Origin: an uncultured delta proteobacterium
GTDB lineage: Bacteria > Desulfobacterota > WTBG01 > CAIYCZ01 > CAIRTM01
Direction of reading: 5' to 3'
Assembly: GCA_963804955.1 (NCBI GenBank)
Contig: CAWDSQ010000016.1
Location: 64,001-128,000, forward strand
Length of the DNA stretch: 64,000 nucleotides
In this document: positions 1 to 10,306 of the stretch, piece by piece
Numbering within the stretch: the stretch's first letter is position 1
Layout of the letters: each line of letters starts with the position of its first letter
Notes under the pieces: model-generated
What the model saw: only the letters and a program-made list of their open reading frames with translations
The model's database searches: none
Told to the model about the DNA's origin: nothing
Program-made: the position numbers and the translations under genes

Positions 1-611
1 TACCGCTGGTCAATGGAAAAACAATCAAGAAAATCTCCGCTCAAGTAGAGGGAGGGCAGAAGGACATGGGTGAAGACATAATCTCCGAAACTGTCTTTGC
101 CGTCAGGCAGAAGGCGGGCCTGCACCTGCCGGCCCGCTTCCTGGTCTTCCCGCAGTACGGCTAAACTTGCCGCAAGCTCCCGGTTGGTCGCCTCCAGCTT
201 TTCGCGGTAGTCTCTGTTTTCCTGCTCGAGCCTTGCCCGGTGCAGGCACTGGGTTACGGTATGCTCCACAACAGCGAGGCTGGGTAAAGGCTTGATCAGA
301 TACTCCCAGGCGCCCAGCCGTAAGGCTGCGACAACATCCTGTATAAACCCCGCACCTGAAATCATGATAACCGGCAGGCGGGGATATTTCTGCTTTACCT
401 CTTTTAGAACTTCCAGGCCATTGATACGAGGCATTTGCACGTCACACAAAAGCAGGTCGGGGAGTTGCTGACTCAAAGAGAGCAGCCCTTCTTCACCATC
501 CTGTGCTTGGCTGACCTCAAAACCCTTTGCTCTCAAACAGCAGCAGATAAGCTCCCGGAGCTGGGGATCATCATCAACAACCAGAATGTGTGCAGAACTC
601 CCGGTTTGCAT
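1..611 (-). CDS. Response regulator, REC domain plus coiled coil leading into a probable PP2C/SpoIIE-type phosphatase domain (RssB-like); runs off the window edge
   Basis: Manual translation from ATG at 611: MQTGSSAHILVVDDDPQLRELI...PDLLLCDVQMPRINGLEVL...PVIMISG...ALRLGAWEYLIKP...LREDQEAGRQVQARLLP. Not in the ORF track. Confidence 0.85.
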   Translation of the reverse strand, partial: MQTGSSAHILVVDDDPQLRELICCCLRAKGFEVSQAQDGEEGLLSLSQQLPDLLLCDVQMPRINGLEVLKEVKQKYPRLPVIMISGAGFIQDVVAALRLGAWEYLIKPLPSLAVVEHTVTQCLHRARLEQENRDYREKLEATNRELAASLAVLREDQEAGRQVQARLLPDGKDSFGDYVFTHVLLPSLYLSGDFLDCFSIDQR

Positions 612-1296
612 GCGCTGACTTTCGCATATAACAAATTTAGATCTTTATTTTGAAGTATACCTTTTATGATGAAACTTTTGCCAATAATTCTTGCCTCAAC
701 CGCTATAAAAAAGGAGGCTCACCTTCCAGGAAAGACCAACTCTCTCCTGGGCATGAAGCAGTTTCCCCTTTTTATTTTTCATAAAGTTTAGAGGTTTGAT
801 ACGATTCACCAGATGAAGCTCTTTTTTTTAAACTTTTATTGGTATTTGCAAAACCGGGCACGTTACCCCGCTCCCGGGTAGAAGTACCGGTTGCGGTCAG
901 AGTTTACAGCTCCGGGGGGAAATATGACAGCAATTTAATCACGCGTTGCTGATTACCAAATTCAGTTGCGCCTGCCTTATTATTATGGCAGGATTATCCT
1001 TTTATGGATAAACGATTCATTATCAGAAGTATCATAATAATCAAACCGACTACGTGTTGCTTCCGTAAGAGCTGCATAAACGGTTTATGTCGGCAGCTTA
1101 GCCTGTAATGCCTCACTAGCAGCGCTGTTTGTTTTGCCTGCATGTGTTCCACAAAGGGAGATACCCTTTACCGGTTTTGCAGTGTGCTGGTTGCGCACTG
1201 CGCACCGTTTTAAAATCAGGATATGTCGTAACGGACACTGACCGCTCTTCTCTGTGTAAAGCCATTGCGCACATAAACGTATCATTTGGATGCAGT

Positions 1297-1908
1297 ATGA
1301 CCACTGAAAAACAACGACCGGGGTTCGACCTGAAAATGACGGGTGAAGAAATCAATACGCTCCCCGTTGCAGCCTATGAAGGCACGGTGCATGTCGTGCG
1401 CACTGAGGACGCGCTTGAAAAAGCCGTGCATGCTTTGCGCCGGGAAACCGTCCTGGGTTTTGATACGGAGACGAAACCGAATTTTGCACGGGGCGAAAAC
1501 AATCCGCTTTCTCTCATCCAGTTTGCCGGCAGCAGGGCCGCCTACATCATTCAGCTGCGGCATCTGACGTCATGCGCTCCCCTGCTCAAGCTCTTCTCCG
1601 ATGAGCGCATCATAAAGGCCGGCGTGGACATACCGCAGGACATCGTTAAGCTCAAGGAGCGCATGGGGGGAGACTATAAAGGTTTTGTTGATGTCAGTCT
1701 GGCGGCAAAGCAGGCCGGGCTGAAAAATTTCAGCCTGCGGGGGCTCGCAGCCGTTCTGCTTGGCGTGCGCATAACAAAAGGGATGCGGGTATCAAACTGG
1801 GCGCGCGACACGCTGCTGCCGTCACAGATCAAATATGCCGCCACCGATGCCTGGATCAGCCGGGAACTCTACCTGCGGCTGCAGCAGCCGGAGGCCGGCA
1901 GAATATAA
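1297..1908 (+). CDS. 3'-5' exonuclease (DEDDy, WRN/RNase D-like)
   Basis: Motifs VLGFDTET, SLIQFA, IIKAGV and SNW...QIKYAATDAW; start placed at ATG 1297. Confidence 0.9.
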   Translation: MTTEKQRPGFDLKMTGEEINTLPVAAYEGTVHVVRTEDALEKAVHALRRETVLGFDTETKPNFARGENNPLSLIQFAGSRAAYIIQLRHLTSCAPLLKLFSDERIIKAGVDIPQDIVKLKERMGGDYKGFVDVSLAAKQAGLKNFSLRGLAAVLLGVRITKGMRVSNWARDTLLPSQIKYAATDAWISRELYLRLQQPEAGRI

Positions 1909-1974
1909 AAGGACCCTGTGCTGAACCGGATCCTTTTTCAACACTGGTTGCTCTTTATACTGAACGGCGCCGCG

Positions 1975-4537
1975 CTACTTTACCGTGAGCGTTCCCGTGC
2001 AGTTGTTAACGGTCACCGTATACTCGTCTCTTTTCAGCTTGAAGGGTCTCAATAGAACCAGCACTTTTATGGCATGCGGCTCTTTCGTTGTTCTTATCCG
2101 CAATGTGCGTATCGCGTCAGTGCCCCAGAGGATATCCCCCCGCTCCACAGAGGGGAAGGTCGTTGCCTCGTCAACTGACAGGGTAATGATCCTGAACGGA
2201 AAAATGAAGCTGAACAGTTTTCTGATCGGCGAAACAGTCAGCTTGCATTCGGTTTCATTGTCGACGCACTCGGTCTCGTCGATCTGCCCGTCGCAGTTAT
2301 TGTCGATGCCGTCGTCACAGATCTCTATGGCCCCGGGATGAACAGCGGAATTATTGTCATTGCAGTCGGTACCTTCAGAACACATCCCGGGGATGAACCC
2401 CGCATACCCGTCCCCATCGCTGTCAATGCAGCCATTGTACACAAGCCTGACGCTGGAGTTGCTTGTATCAGCTATATACATATCACCCGAGGCGGCAATC
2501 ATCACGCCATCTGGCCTGTTGATTTTCGCAGCCGGAGCCAGGCCCGCCGTCACCGCTATAGCCGGCAGTGCCGGTGCCGGCAAAAGTAGTTATGGTGCCG
2601 TTGTCTGCAACCCGGCGGATGCGATTGTTGGCGCCGTCCGCTATATAGAGAGCACCCTGGCTGTCGAGCGCAACAGCCCAGGGATTGTGTAACTTCGCCG
2701 CCGTTGCAGTCCCGCCGTCGCCTGAATACCCGAACTGTCCGGTACCGGCAAAGGTAGTGATGGTTCCGTTGTCGGACACTTTACGAATACAATTGTTCAT
2801 TGTATCGGCTATGTAGACGGTGCCGGAACCGTCAACCGCAACGCCGTAGGGGTTTCTCAGCTCTGCCGCTGTGGCCGTGCCATTGTCGCCTGAATAGCCG
2901 GGGGCGCCAGTCCCGGCAAAAGTGGTAATGGTGCCGTTATCGGCCACCCTGCGGATAACGTGATTGTCGGAATCGGCAATATAGACGATACCCGTGCCGG
3001 TAACCACCATACGCCGCGGGGCCGCCTGAGCTGTGCAGCTGTGGCAAGTCCACCATCACCGGAATACCCGCCTGTACCGGTGCCGGCAAAGGTGGTAATC
3101 GTGCCGTTGTCAACAACTTTACGGATGACGTGGTTAGTCATATCCGCGATATACATGCTCCCCAGGTCGTCAATCGTCACGCAGGCAGGATTATTCAACT
3201 CTGCTGCGTCAGCCGGTCCGCCGTCGCCGGAATACCCGTACTGGCCGTTACCTGCAAAGGTGGTGATCGTGCCTGACATATCGATTTTGCGGATTCGGCT
3301 GTTGCCAAAGTCTGCAATATAGAGGTTGCCGAGGCTGTCGAGAGCTGTCGAGGTCGGGTACCCCAGCGGGGCCTCTGCAGCCGGCCCGCCGTCGCCGCCA
3401 TAGCCCGCGGGTCCATTGCCGGCAACCGTGTCGATCGTGCCGCCGATATCCACCATGCGGATTCTGTTGTTTTCGGTATCGGAAACATACACGTTTCCGG
3501 AACTGCCGGCGTCGACACCGCCGGGAAAATAGAGCCTTGCTGCCGTGGCAGGCCCGCCATCACCGGCGAAGCTGTACCCCTGGCCGTTGCCGGCAAAGGT
3601 GGAAATGGTGCCGTTGTCAGACACTCTGCGGATGCGGTTATTTGTTCTGTCGGCAATGTAGAGATTGTTCATCCCGTCGGTTGCCACATCATAGGGATAA
3701 TTAAGCTGAGCTGCCTCTGCCGGGCCGCCGTCGCCGGAGTAACCTGCTGCGCCGGTGCCGGCGAAGGTGGAGATGGTGCCGTTGTCAGACACTCTGCGGA
3801 TGCGATTATTACTCGAGTCGGCGATATAGACAGCACCGCTGCCGTCAGTTGCAACTTTGAACGGATAATAAAGCCGGGCTGCCTCTGCCGGGCCGCCGTC
3901 GCCGGAGTAGCCGCCGGCTCCGGTACCGGCGAAGGTGGACATGGTACCGTTGTCAGACACTCTGCGGATGCGATTATTACTCGAGTCGGCGATATAGAAG
4001 CCTCCTGAGCCAGCGAAGAATGAGACCGTGCGGATTTTCCAGCTGGGCTGCCGTTGCAGGCCCGCCGTCGCCGGCATACCCTGCAGTGCCGGTGCCTGCC
4101 ACGGTGGTAATCGTGCCTGACGTATCTATCATGCGAATGCAGTGGTTGTATGTGTCAGCTATGTAGATACTGCCGGAGCCGGCCACCGCAATGTCGTACG
4201 GGCCATTCAGCCGGGCTGACGCGGCCGGCCCCCCATCGCCTGAATATCCCGGCTCGCCGGTGCCTGCCACCGTGGTGATCATGCCCGAGGTTTCGATCTT
4301 GCGCACGCGGTGATTGAATGTGTCTGCCAGATAGATATTCCCGGCGGCATCTACGGCAACAGCATTCGGCTTCAAAAGGGTAATCTGCGTTGCAGGGATG
4401 TTTTCAGCCTCAGTGGCGATCCCCGCAATCTTTTCTATAAGCCACTCTGCAGCCGCCTCCTGCTGCCACAGCAGAAGATACACCGAAAGTGTTACTACCG
4501 CTACGCCCAGCCACGGCCATATAATAGTTCGTTTCAT
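1975..4537 (-). CDS. Secreted NHL-repeat beta-propeller protein with a C-terminal Cys/Asp-rich putative metal-binding (MopE-related) motif; split by about 3 frameshifts
   Basis: N-terminal signal-like segment; about 11 repeats of 56 aa (IYIADxxNxRIRxV...[17 protein letters not shown]) across ORFs 3977-4537, 2857-4077, 2483-3010 and 1975-2583; DCNDNN...[20 protein letters not shown]. Confidence 0.85.
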
Positions 4538-4714
4538 GGCAAGCCCCCTTTTTAGATGGTTGATAGCATTAATTCAAAAACCTAACAATATTTTGGGGCA
4601 ATTGTAAAGGAATTTCCTGTATGCTTTCTATCTTTTTTTATACATTTTCGGGGGCCGGGTATGAGGAAAAATAGTACAGGTGATTTGTGATTTGCAGGGT
4701 GGAGCTATGCATTA

Positions 4715-5311
4715 TCAGCCGGCAACGAGTTTCCTGCCCAACAGCCGGGCTTTGTTCAATGTCCGCCCGTTTATGTCCTGCTTTTGAGCTCTTGCGGCAA
4801 TGCCGATAGTAAGGACGCCTATGGTCTCGGCGCCGAGCATACCGGCGGCTGTCTTCATAATGCCGGCAACACCCGTCCGCAGCCGGATCAGGAGCGATGG
4901 TGCAGCAGAGGAAATGACCACAACAGCACGCCTGCTTTTTTCTTGTGCACGCACCTTCGGGCTGAGCATACCCCACGGCCACCAGGCATAGCACACCAGC
5001 CGCTCGAGAAATTTTTTCATAACAGCCGTAACGGTATAAAAATTGACGGAAGTACCGAGCACAATGGCGTCCGAGCTTTCCAGCTCATCAAGAATGCTTT
5101 GCATATCGTCGGCAAGCGGGCAGGCGCCCCGACGGAGTCCCTTCTCCTGCGTGCAGGAGCGGCAGTTGGTGCAGAACTCAATGTGCCTGTCAATCAGGTA
5201 GATTTTTGCAGTTTCGGCTCCCGCCTGTTGTGCCGAAGAAAGTATGGCATCGATCACCGTATCAACGGTTCCCTGTTTGCGGTAGCTTCCGACTATGGCT
5301 GTTACTTTCAT
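4715..5311 (-). CDS. Flavodoxin-family / iron-sulfur flavoprotein (NADPH-dependent FMN reductase fold)
   Basis: GSYRKQGT, CTNCRSC...C, DDMQ and KKFLERL motifs. Confidence 0.85.
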   Translation of the reverse strand: MKVTAIVGSYRKQGTVDTVIDAILSSAQQAGAETAKIYLIDRHIEFCTNCRSCTQEKGLRRGACPLADDMQSILDELESSDAIVLGTSVNFYTVTAVMKKFLERLVCYAWWPWGMLSPKVRAQEKSRRAVVVISSAAPSLLIRLRTGVAGIMKTAAGMLGAETIGVLTIGIAARAQKQDINGRTLNKARLLGRKLVAG

Positions 5312-5591
5312 CTGTCAGCCCTATACGCGTATTGATAAAGTTCAGCGGATGCCCGACAGTACTGTTTTGCCCCTCATGATTGTCGGGTGCGCTGCGCACT
5401 CTCCCGGCTGTCTCATTTTTTCCCCACTCAACTGATTCAAAAACCTCCCTCTCGTTTACTCCCGGCCAGGTCCACTGTCAGGCATCAGAATGGCCTTTTA
5501 CCGGAACACTGCACTTTCATCCCCGCCGTGCAGGCGGGGAGCATCACTTCTAACTCTGCTCCACATTAGGCTTCATATATTCAGGACCGGA

Positions 5592-6200
5592 CTATGGGCG
5601 GACGGGCAGAAATCCGTATGTCTGCAGCAGGCCGGTGAGGAGCGGAACCGCCTGCTGTTTGTCCGTGACGTCAAGGGTGACAACCGGTGCGGTTTTATTG
5701 TACTGACTGACTGTGTTTGTAACTGCGGCCTCAGCGGCATCGAGGCCTGCGCGCACATTGTTTATGATGAGATCGGCCTTTGCAAGGGCCGCAGCGCGGC
5801 TGGGTTTGGGGGGCTTGTCAGCGCAGATGCGGCTGTCGCACATGAAAACGGCAACGGTGGGGGTGATGTGGGCAAGAACGCTGTTGCCCTCGATGAGCAG
5901 GCGCGGTTTTGCGCCGACCCGCCTGAGCGCTTCGGCCAGGGACTCCTGCAGATGCTCCTCCTGTGCCCGGACCCAGACCACCTGAGCCGCACCGCTTGTT
6001 TTTAAGCGCCAGGTGTCTTTGCCCGCAACCATGATTGAGGCTTTGTCGTCGAGCACCTCGGTGGTCTGATCGTTGATGGTGACTTTAATGGCGGCACAGC
6101 CGGGAAGCAGGGATACGATGCGGCAGCTCAGATCGGTTTTGCCGATGCCGGAATATAGGCCCGAAACGGTGATGATTTTTTGTTCAGCCGGTTGCTGCAT
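5592..6200 (-). CDS. MobB-like P-loop protein, probably co-transcribed with moaA
   Basis: SGLYSGIGKT P-loop, GKDTWRLKTSGA and LLIEGNS; lies directly downstream of moaA. Confidence 0.6.
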   Translation of the reverse strand: MQQPAEQKIITVSGLYSGIGKTDLSCRIVSLLPGCAAIKVTINDQTTEVLDDKASIMVAGKDTWRLKTSGAAQVVWVRAQEEHLQESLAEALRRVGAKPRLLIEGNSVLAHITPTVAVFMCDSRICADKPPKPSRAAALAKADLIINNVRAGLDAAEAAVTNTVSQYNKTAPVVTLDVTDKQQAVPLLTGLLQTYGFLPVRP

Positions 6201-6213
6201 GCGGGCCTGCCCT

Positions 6214-7203
6214 TTAGCCGCCTATTGCCGACATGGTTCTGCTGCATTTTTTATAGGTTGCTTCGCGGATTTCATGGCGCTGTGGCTTTGAGAGAATGGC
6301 CTGTTCGATGACGGCGCTCAGCTCGTCGTCGCAGCAGCCGCTCCGCAGCAGAGGCTTTAAGTCGATTTCATCATCGGAGAACAGGCATGCCCGGAGCTTG
6401 CCGTCGGCCGTGAGCCGCAGCCTGTTGCAGGTTTTGCAGAAATGGCTGCTCAGTGCCGTGATGAACCCGAGCTTGCCCTGCGCCCCTTCCAGCTGAAACA
6501 TTTTTGCCGGGCCGGCTTTTTCGTCGGCCTCAAGCGGGATGAGCGGCCCCAGCGCGCTGATTCTGTTCTGCAGTTCTTCGCTTGAAATGAACTGCGCTTC
6601 TTCCCACATGGTCTGGCCTGCTACGGGCATGAACTCGATGAAGCGGATATGCACCGGCCGGTCCAGGGTGAGCCGTGCAAATTCGACGGCCTCGTCGTCA
6701 TTGACATTGCGCATGGCAACCACGTTTATTTTGATGGGGGCAAAGCCTGCCTCGCGGGCTTTGCGGATGCCGGCAAACACGGCATTGATATCGCCGCCGC
6801 GGGTGATTGTTCTGTATTTCTCCGGGTCAAGGGTGTCGAGGCTGATATTGATTCGCCTCATGCCGGCCCGGTACAGCGCCTCAGCGCATGCTTCCAGCAG
6901 CACCCCGTTGGTGGTGAGGGAGAGCTCTGCTATGCCGGAAATCCCCTTCAGATCCCCGACAAAGTCGATGATGCCCTTGCGCACCAGGGGCTCGCCACCG
7001 GTGATCCTGATTTTGGTTATGCCTTTTTCAGCCGCGCTGCGGGCCACGCGCAGGATTTCCTCGTAACGCAGTATCGCGTCATGACCCATGGGCGAAATAC
7101 CCTCCTTGGGCATGCAGTAAATGCAGCGCAGGTTGCACCTGTCTGTCACCGAAATGCGCAGGTAGTTTATATGGCGGTTGAAGGTATCAAGCAGCTTCGG
7201 CAT
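6214..7203 (-). CDS. moaA: GTP 3',8-cyclase (molybdopterin biosynthesis)
   Basis: YLRISVTDRCNLRCIYCMP, ITGGEPL, FCKTCNRLRLTADGKLRACL and C-terminal MSAIGG. Confidence 0.97.
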   Translation of the reverse strand: MPKLLDTFNRHINYLRISVTDRCNLRCIYCMPKEGISPMGHDAILRYEEILRVARSAAEKGITKIRITGGEPLVRKGIIDFVGDLKGISGIAELSLTTNGVLLEACAEALYRAGMRRINISLDTLDPEKYRTITRGGDINAVFAGIRKAREAGFAPIKINVVAMRNVNDDEAVEFARLTLDRPVHIRFIEFMPVAGQTMWEEAQFISSEELQNRISALGPLIPLEADEKAGPAKMFQLEGAQGKLGFITALSSHFCKTCNRLRLTADGKLRACLFSDDEIDLKPLLRSGCCDDELSAVIEQAILSKPQRHEIREATYKKCSRTMSAIGG

Positions 7204-7216
7204 TGTTGTTTCCGCA

Positions 7217-7252
7217 AAAATTAAGCCCGGTACTTCCAGTGGAGTACCGGGC
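7217..7252 (-). terminator. Intrinsic terminator in the moaA leader (putative expression platform)
   Basis: Minus strand GCCCGGTACTCC-ACT-GGAAGTACCGGGC followed by TTAATTTTT, between the aptamer and the moaA ATG. Confidence 0.75.
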
Positions 7253-7281
7253 CTGCATGCGCATAGACAGCGGTCATACCC

Positions 7282-7378
7282 GTCTCCTTCCCAAATCCGG
7301 GAGGCGCGGCCGTCGCCGGCCGTACCCTGTCGGTTAGACCTCCTGCGCTACTGGCGCAGGCTGAATAACTCCAGAGAC
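7282..7378 (-). ncRNA. Moco/Tuco RNA motif (riboswitch candidate) lacking P3, i.e. tungsten-cofactor type
   Basis: Minus strand GTCTCT-GGAG[P2]TAACC-GAC-AGGGT[ACGGCCG-GCGA-CGGCCGC]GCCT-CC-CGGATTT-GG-GAAGGAGAC. Has the hallmark GCCTCCCG..TTTGG.AAGGAG and a GNRA-capped P4, and sits upstream of moaA. Confidence 0.88.
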
Positions 7379-7391
7379 TTTCTTCACTTAA

Positions 7392-7420
7392 CTAATACTG
7401 TATACACCGGAGCTTGTCAA
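7392..7420 (-). promoter_or_regulatory. Sigma70-type promoter for the moaA leader
   Basis: TTGACA at 7420-7415, 17-nt spacer, TATTAG. Confidence 0.5.
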
Positions 7421-7526
7421 GAAACGACACCGGTTGAGGCCGCGTGAAGAAGGTTGCGCCGGCGGCAAAACTTGTATGCTGACACTGCAGCTCTTCACGC
7501 ACCACGACAGGATCCCGGCCTATTTT

Positions 7527-7940
7527 ATGCCTTCATCCCCGACTTTCAGCCCCCCGCCGCACAGAGAGACATGATGATCGGCCATGCCCGGAGAGATGCG
7601 CCCAATGAATGCTGCGGGCGTGCTGCTGGGCAGAGACGCGGGTCATGGACCGCCGGTGCCCATGACAAGCGATCCGCCAAGCTCCTGATGCCTATTTTAT
7701 GGATCCCGAGCAGCAGGTAGAGGTGTTTACGGGGGTGGCAAAACGGGGCGAGCGGCTTCTGGGCATTTCTCACTTCGCACCCAAAGGCCCGCCGCAGCCC
7801 TCGGGGGCCGATCTGCAGCTGGCGTTTCATCCCGAGGTGTCTATTTCATTATCTCCCTTTCCGATGCAGCCCGTCCCGAAGTTCGGGCCTTCAATCTGCT
7901 TAGCGGCGAGTTTCATGAAATACCGTTCATCATCAGATAA
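7527..7940 (+). CDS. JAMM/MPN+ (Mov34, Mec-like) metallopeptidase; frameshifted
   Basis: Fragments MIGHARRDAPNECCG, YFMDPEQQ...GERLLGISH...PSGADLQLAFHP and RPEVRAF. Confidence 0.75.
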
Positions 7941-8026
7941 ATCTATTTTCGTCCCGTCGCTTCCACCCGCTAACCGAATTATGCAGTACGACTGATTTCT
8001 GCTGGAGCGGAGAATACGATTATCGC

Positions 8027-8155
8027 TTAACCTCTACAAACAGAAAAAAAAACGCCAGGCTTCATTGATTTATGCATGCCGCATTTCGGGCACTGATCGG
8101 GCGGCGCATCGCCGGTGTGAATATAGCCGCAGGTCGTACATCTCCATTTCTTCAT
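8027..8155 (-). CDS. Small rubredoxin-like protein (about 42 aa)
   Basis: Manual translation MKKWRCTTCGYIHTGDAPPDQCPKCGMHK...; strong AAGGAG RBS; below the ORF-track cutoff; C-terminus uncertain because of a T9 run. Confidence 0.85.
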   Translation of the reverse strand: MKKWRCTTCGYIHTGDAPPDQCPKCGMHKSMKPGVFFSVCRG

Positions 8156-8244
8156 AATGCTCTCCTTGCTGTTTTAGGTTCTAAGCTAAGCCCCTCGTGT
8201 GGTATCCGCCTGCACCCCTGTCGCCGCCCTGCAGGCAGACGGCA

Positions 8245-9305
8245 TCACGGACGGGCCTCAAATACAAGATTTATCGGGGTCTGCGCAACCCTGTCTGAAG
8301 CGGCTGAACCCGGCCCGCGTGATAATTTCTCGCAGGCGGCGCTCGCCGGCCTGGCCTCCCAGCGCAGATGCCATTCTCCTGGGCCAGCGCGCCCGGTACG
8401 CACAGCAGCACCGAAGCGCTGTAATACAGGCGCCCTACCGGTGTAAAATTGTCCTCGAGCCGGTCACCGGCAAGCGGTTCCACGATCATCCAGGTTCCGT
8501 CGGGCTTGAGCGCCTGCAGCGCTTTCCGGGCAGCTTTGCCGGGAGCGCCCATATCGTGCAGGCAGTCAAAGGTGGTAATAAAATCATATCCCGCAGGGGC
8601 CAGGTTCTTCCGAGGCGCATACTTCAAAGCGCGCATTGCCGCTAACGCCTGCTTCGGCTGCGGCTTTGCGCGCAGCGGCAATGGACGGGGATGTGAGTCA
8701 AAGCCGGTGAAGGTCGATCGGGAAATGCCTGCGCCATCAGGATGGTCGACGTGCCGAAACCGCAGCCGACATCGGCCACGTTTGCTCCTGCCGCCAAGTT
8801 TTTCAGCAACACCGTCAAGGGCCGGAATCCAGCTCGAAACAAGATTTGCCACATAGTTCGGCCGGTAGAAACGCTCGGCGCCGTGGTAAAACTCATCAGC
8901 ATGCTCATCCCAGCCCACGCCTTTGCCGCTTATGAAGGCCTGTGTTATTTTCGGCTCTGATTTCAGCGCCGCCGTTGCGGCCTGAAATGCGCCTGCCATG
9001 ATAGCAGGGGCTGTTTTGGCGGGCAAGCACCAGGGCCTGCGCTTCTGTCAGAAAAAAGCGCTCTGTGTGCGCATCATAGGAAACATACCCGCCGGCCGCC
9101 ATGGCGGCAAGCCACTCCTGCACATAGCGCTCTGCAACGCCGCATTTCGCGGCAAGCTCGGCCGGGGTCATCGGCTCGGCTCCATCCAGCGCGACAAACA
9201 ATCCCAGCTTATCCCCGATAAGCACAAGCGGCGCATGAAAGGTAGCGCCGATATCTTCAATGACTTTTTGCACAGTTGGTTCAGTTGCTTCTCATCAATT
9301 TCCAT
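8245..9305 (-). CDS. Class I SAM-dependent methyltransferase with N-terminal winged helix (Rv2258c-like); frameshifted
   Basis: IGDKLGLF...ERYVQEWL, VADVGCGFG, YDFITTFDCLHDM and ALKPDGTWMIVEP, spread across 3-4 frames. Confidence 0.85.
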
Positions 9306-9443
9306 CGCTTTTGTCTCCCCGTTCAACCATGTAGTGGTTTTAGCTGTATGCCCAACAATGCAGCGCAGATGTCCGCCTGTCAAGATAATAGCTTTTTTGA
9401 CCCCTAACTTCAAAGTCTGAAAAAACCTGGCGCATGCTCCGGG

Positions 9444-9872
9444 TCAGGGGGCTGCAAGGCTGCCGCAATAGACAGCCCCGAATTTTTTTAGAAACTCGAT
9501 AAGCACGAAACGGTGACACCTATCAGGGCCGCCGTTGCAGGAGCAGACGAGCACGATTCTGCCGCTTGCAAGAAGTATGTCCCAGTTGTGCATGTGCTCA
9601 ATAAAGCTGCCTTCCCAGAAACCGGCGGTATTCGGCCTGAAATTTTTCAAGGCTTACTCTGCCGAGGCGGTACTCGAACAGCATGGGCCGGGGCGGCGTG
9701 AACACGAAGCTGCCGCCGTTGAACGACACATCGACCCTGTCGTCTCCGGCATAGCCATACGGCGCTGTGTACATTTCGAGCCTGGTGCTGCTCTGCTGCC
9801 GCAGCCTGAAGGCTTTTTCCACATCAACTGGAACTGCTCCCGCTCCCATATCCTGCCTTTTTGTGGTTGCAA
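9444..9872 (-). CDS. DUF488-like hypothetical protein; frameshifted
   Basis: Joined fragments ...FTPPRPMLFEYRLGRVSLEKFQAEYRRFL / IVLVCSC...DRCHRFVLIEFL. Confidence 0.55.
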
Positions 9873-10052
9873 AAAAAAGTTTTTGCTTTATTTATATATG
9901 TACCAGAAAAAACACGGCTTATCATTGACATAAGTCAAAACAGCCGCGCCTCGAATATGGTATAACTAAAAACAGTGCTGCTGAAACAGAGCGCGTACTT
10001 CCCTGCAGCGCTAAACGTTTAATCAACACAACCATCATAAGGAGAGAAAAGT

Positions 10053-10268
10053 ATGTCACGAGCCGATATGTTTGTAAACCCCACCCGCGAAGACTGGATG
10101 ACCGAAGAGCTCATTCAGAAGCTGAAGGCCGTTTCAAAAGACGGCAAAATCACCTGCGCCGCTGCGCAGCAATTCGCCCGCGACAACGGCATCACGATGA
10201 ACAAAATGAAGGCCTTTGTCGATTTTGTCACCCTGAAGGTGCAAAGCTGCCAGCTGGGGTGCTTTTAA
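10053..10268 (+). CDS. Small conserved-looking Cys protein ending CQLGCF
   Basis: AAGGAGAG RBS; DGKITCAAA...KVQSCQLGCF. Confidence 0.75.
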   Translation: MSRADMFVNPTREDWMTEELIQKLKAVSKDGKITCAAAQQFARDNGITMNKMKAFVDFVTLKVQSCQLGCF

Positions 10269-10306
10269 TTTTTCGCGACACAGAACCATCATTTCGGAGA
10301 CAGCCC

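Noticed and set aside
2483..4400. CRISPR array or non-coding tandem repeat
   Set aside because: The 168-nt periodicity is protein-coding NHL repeats with no repeat-spacer structure
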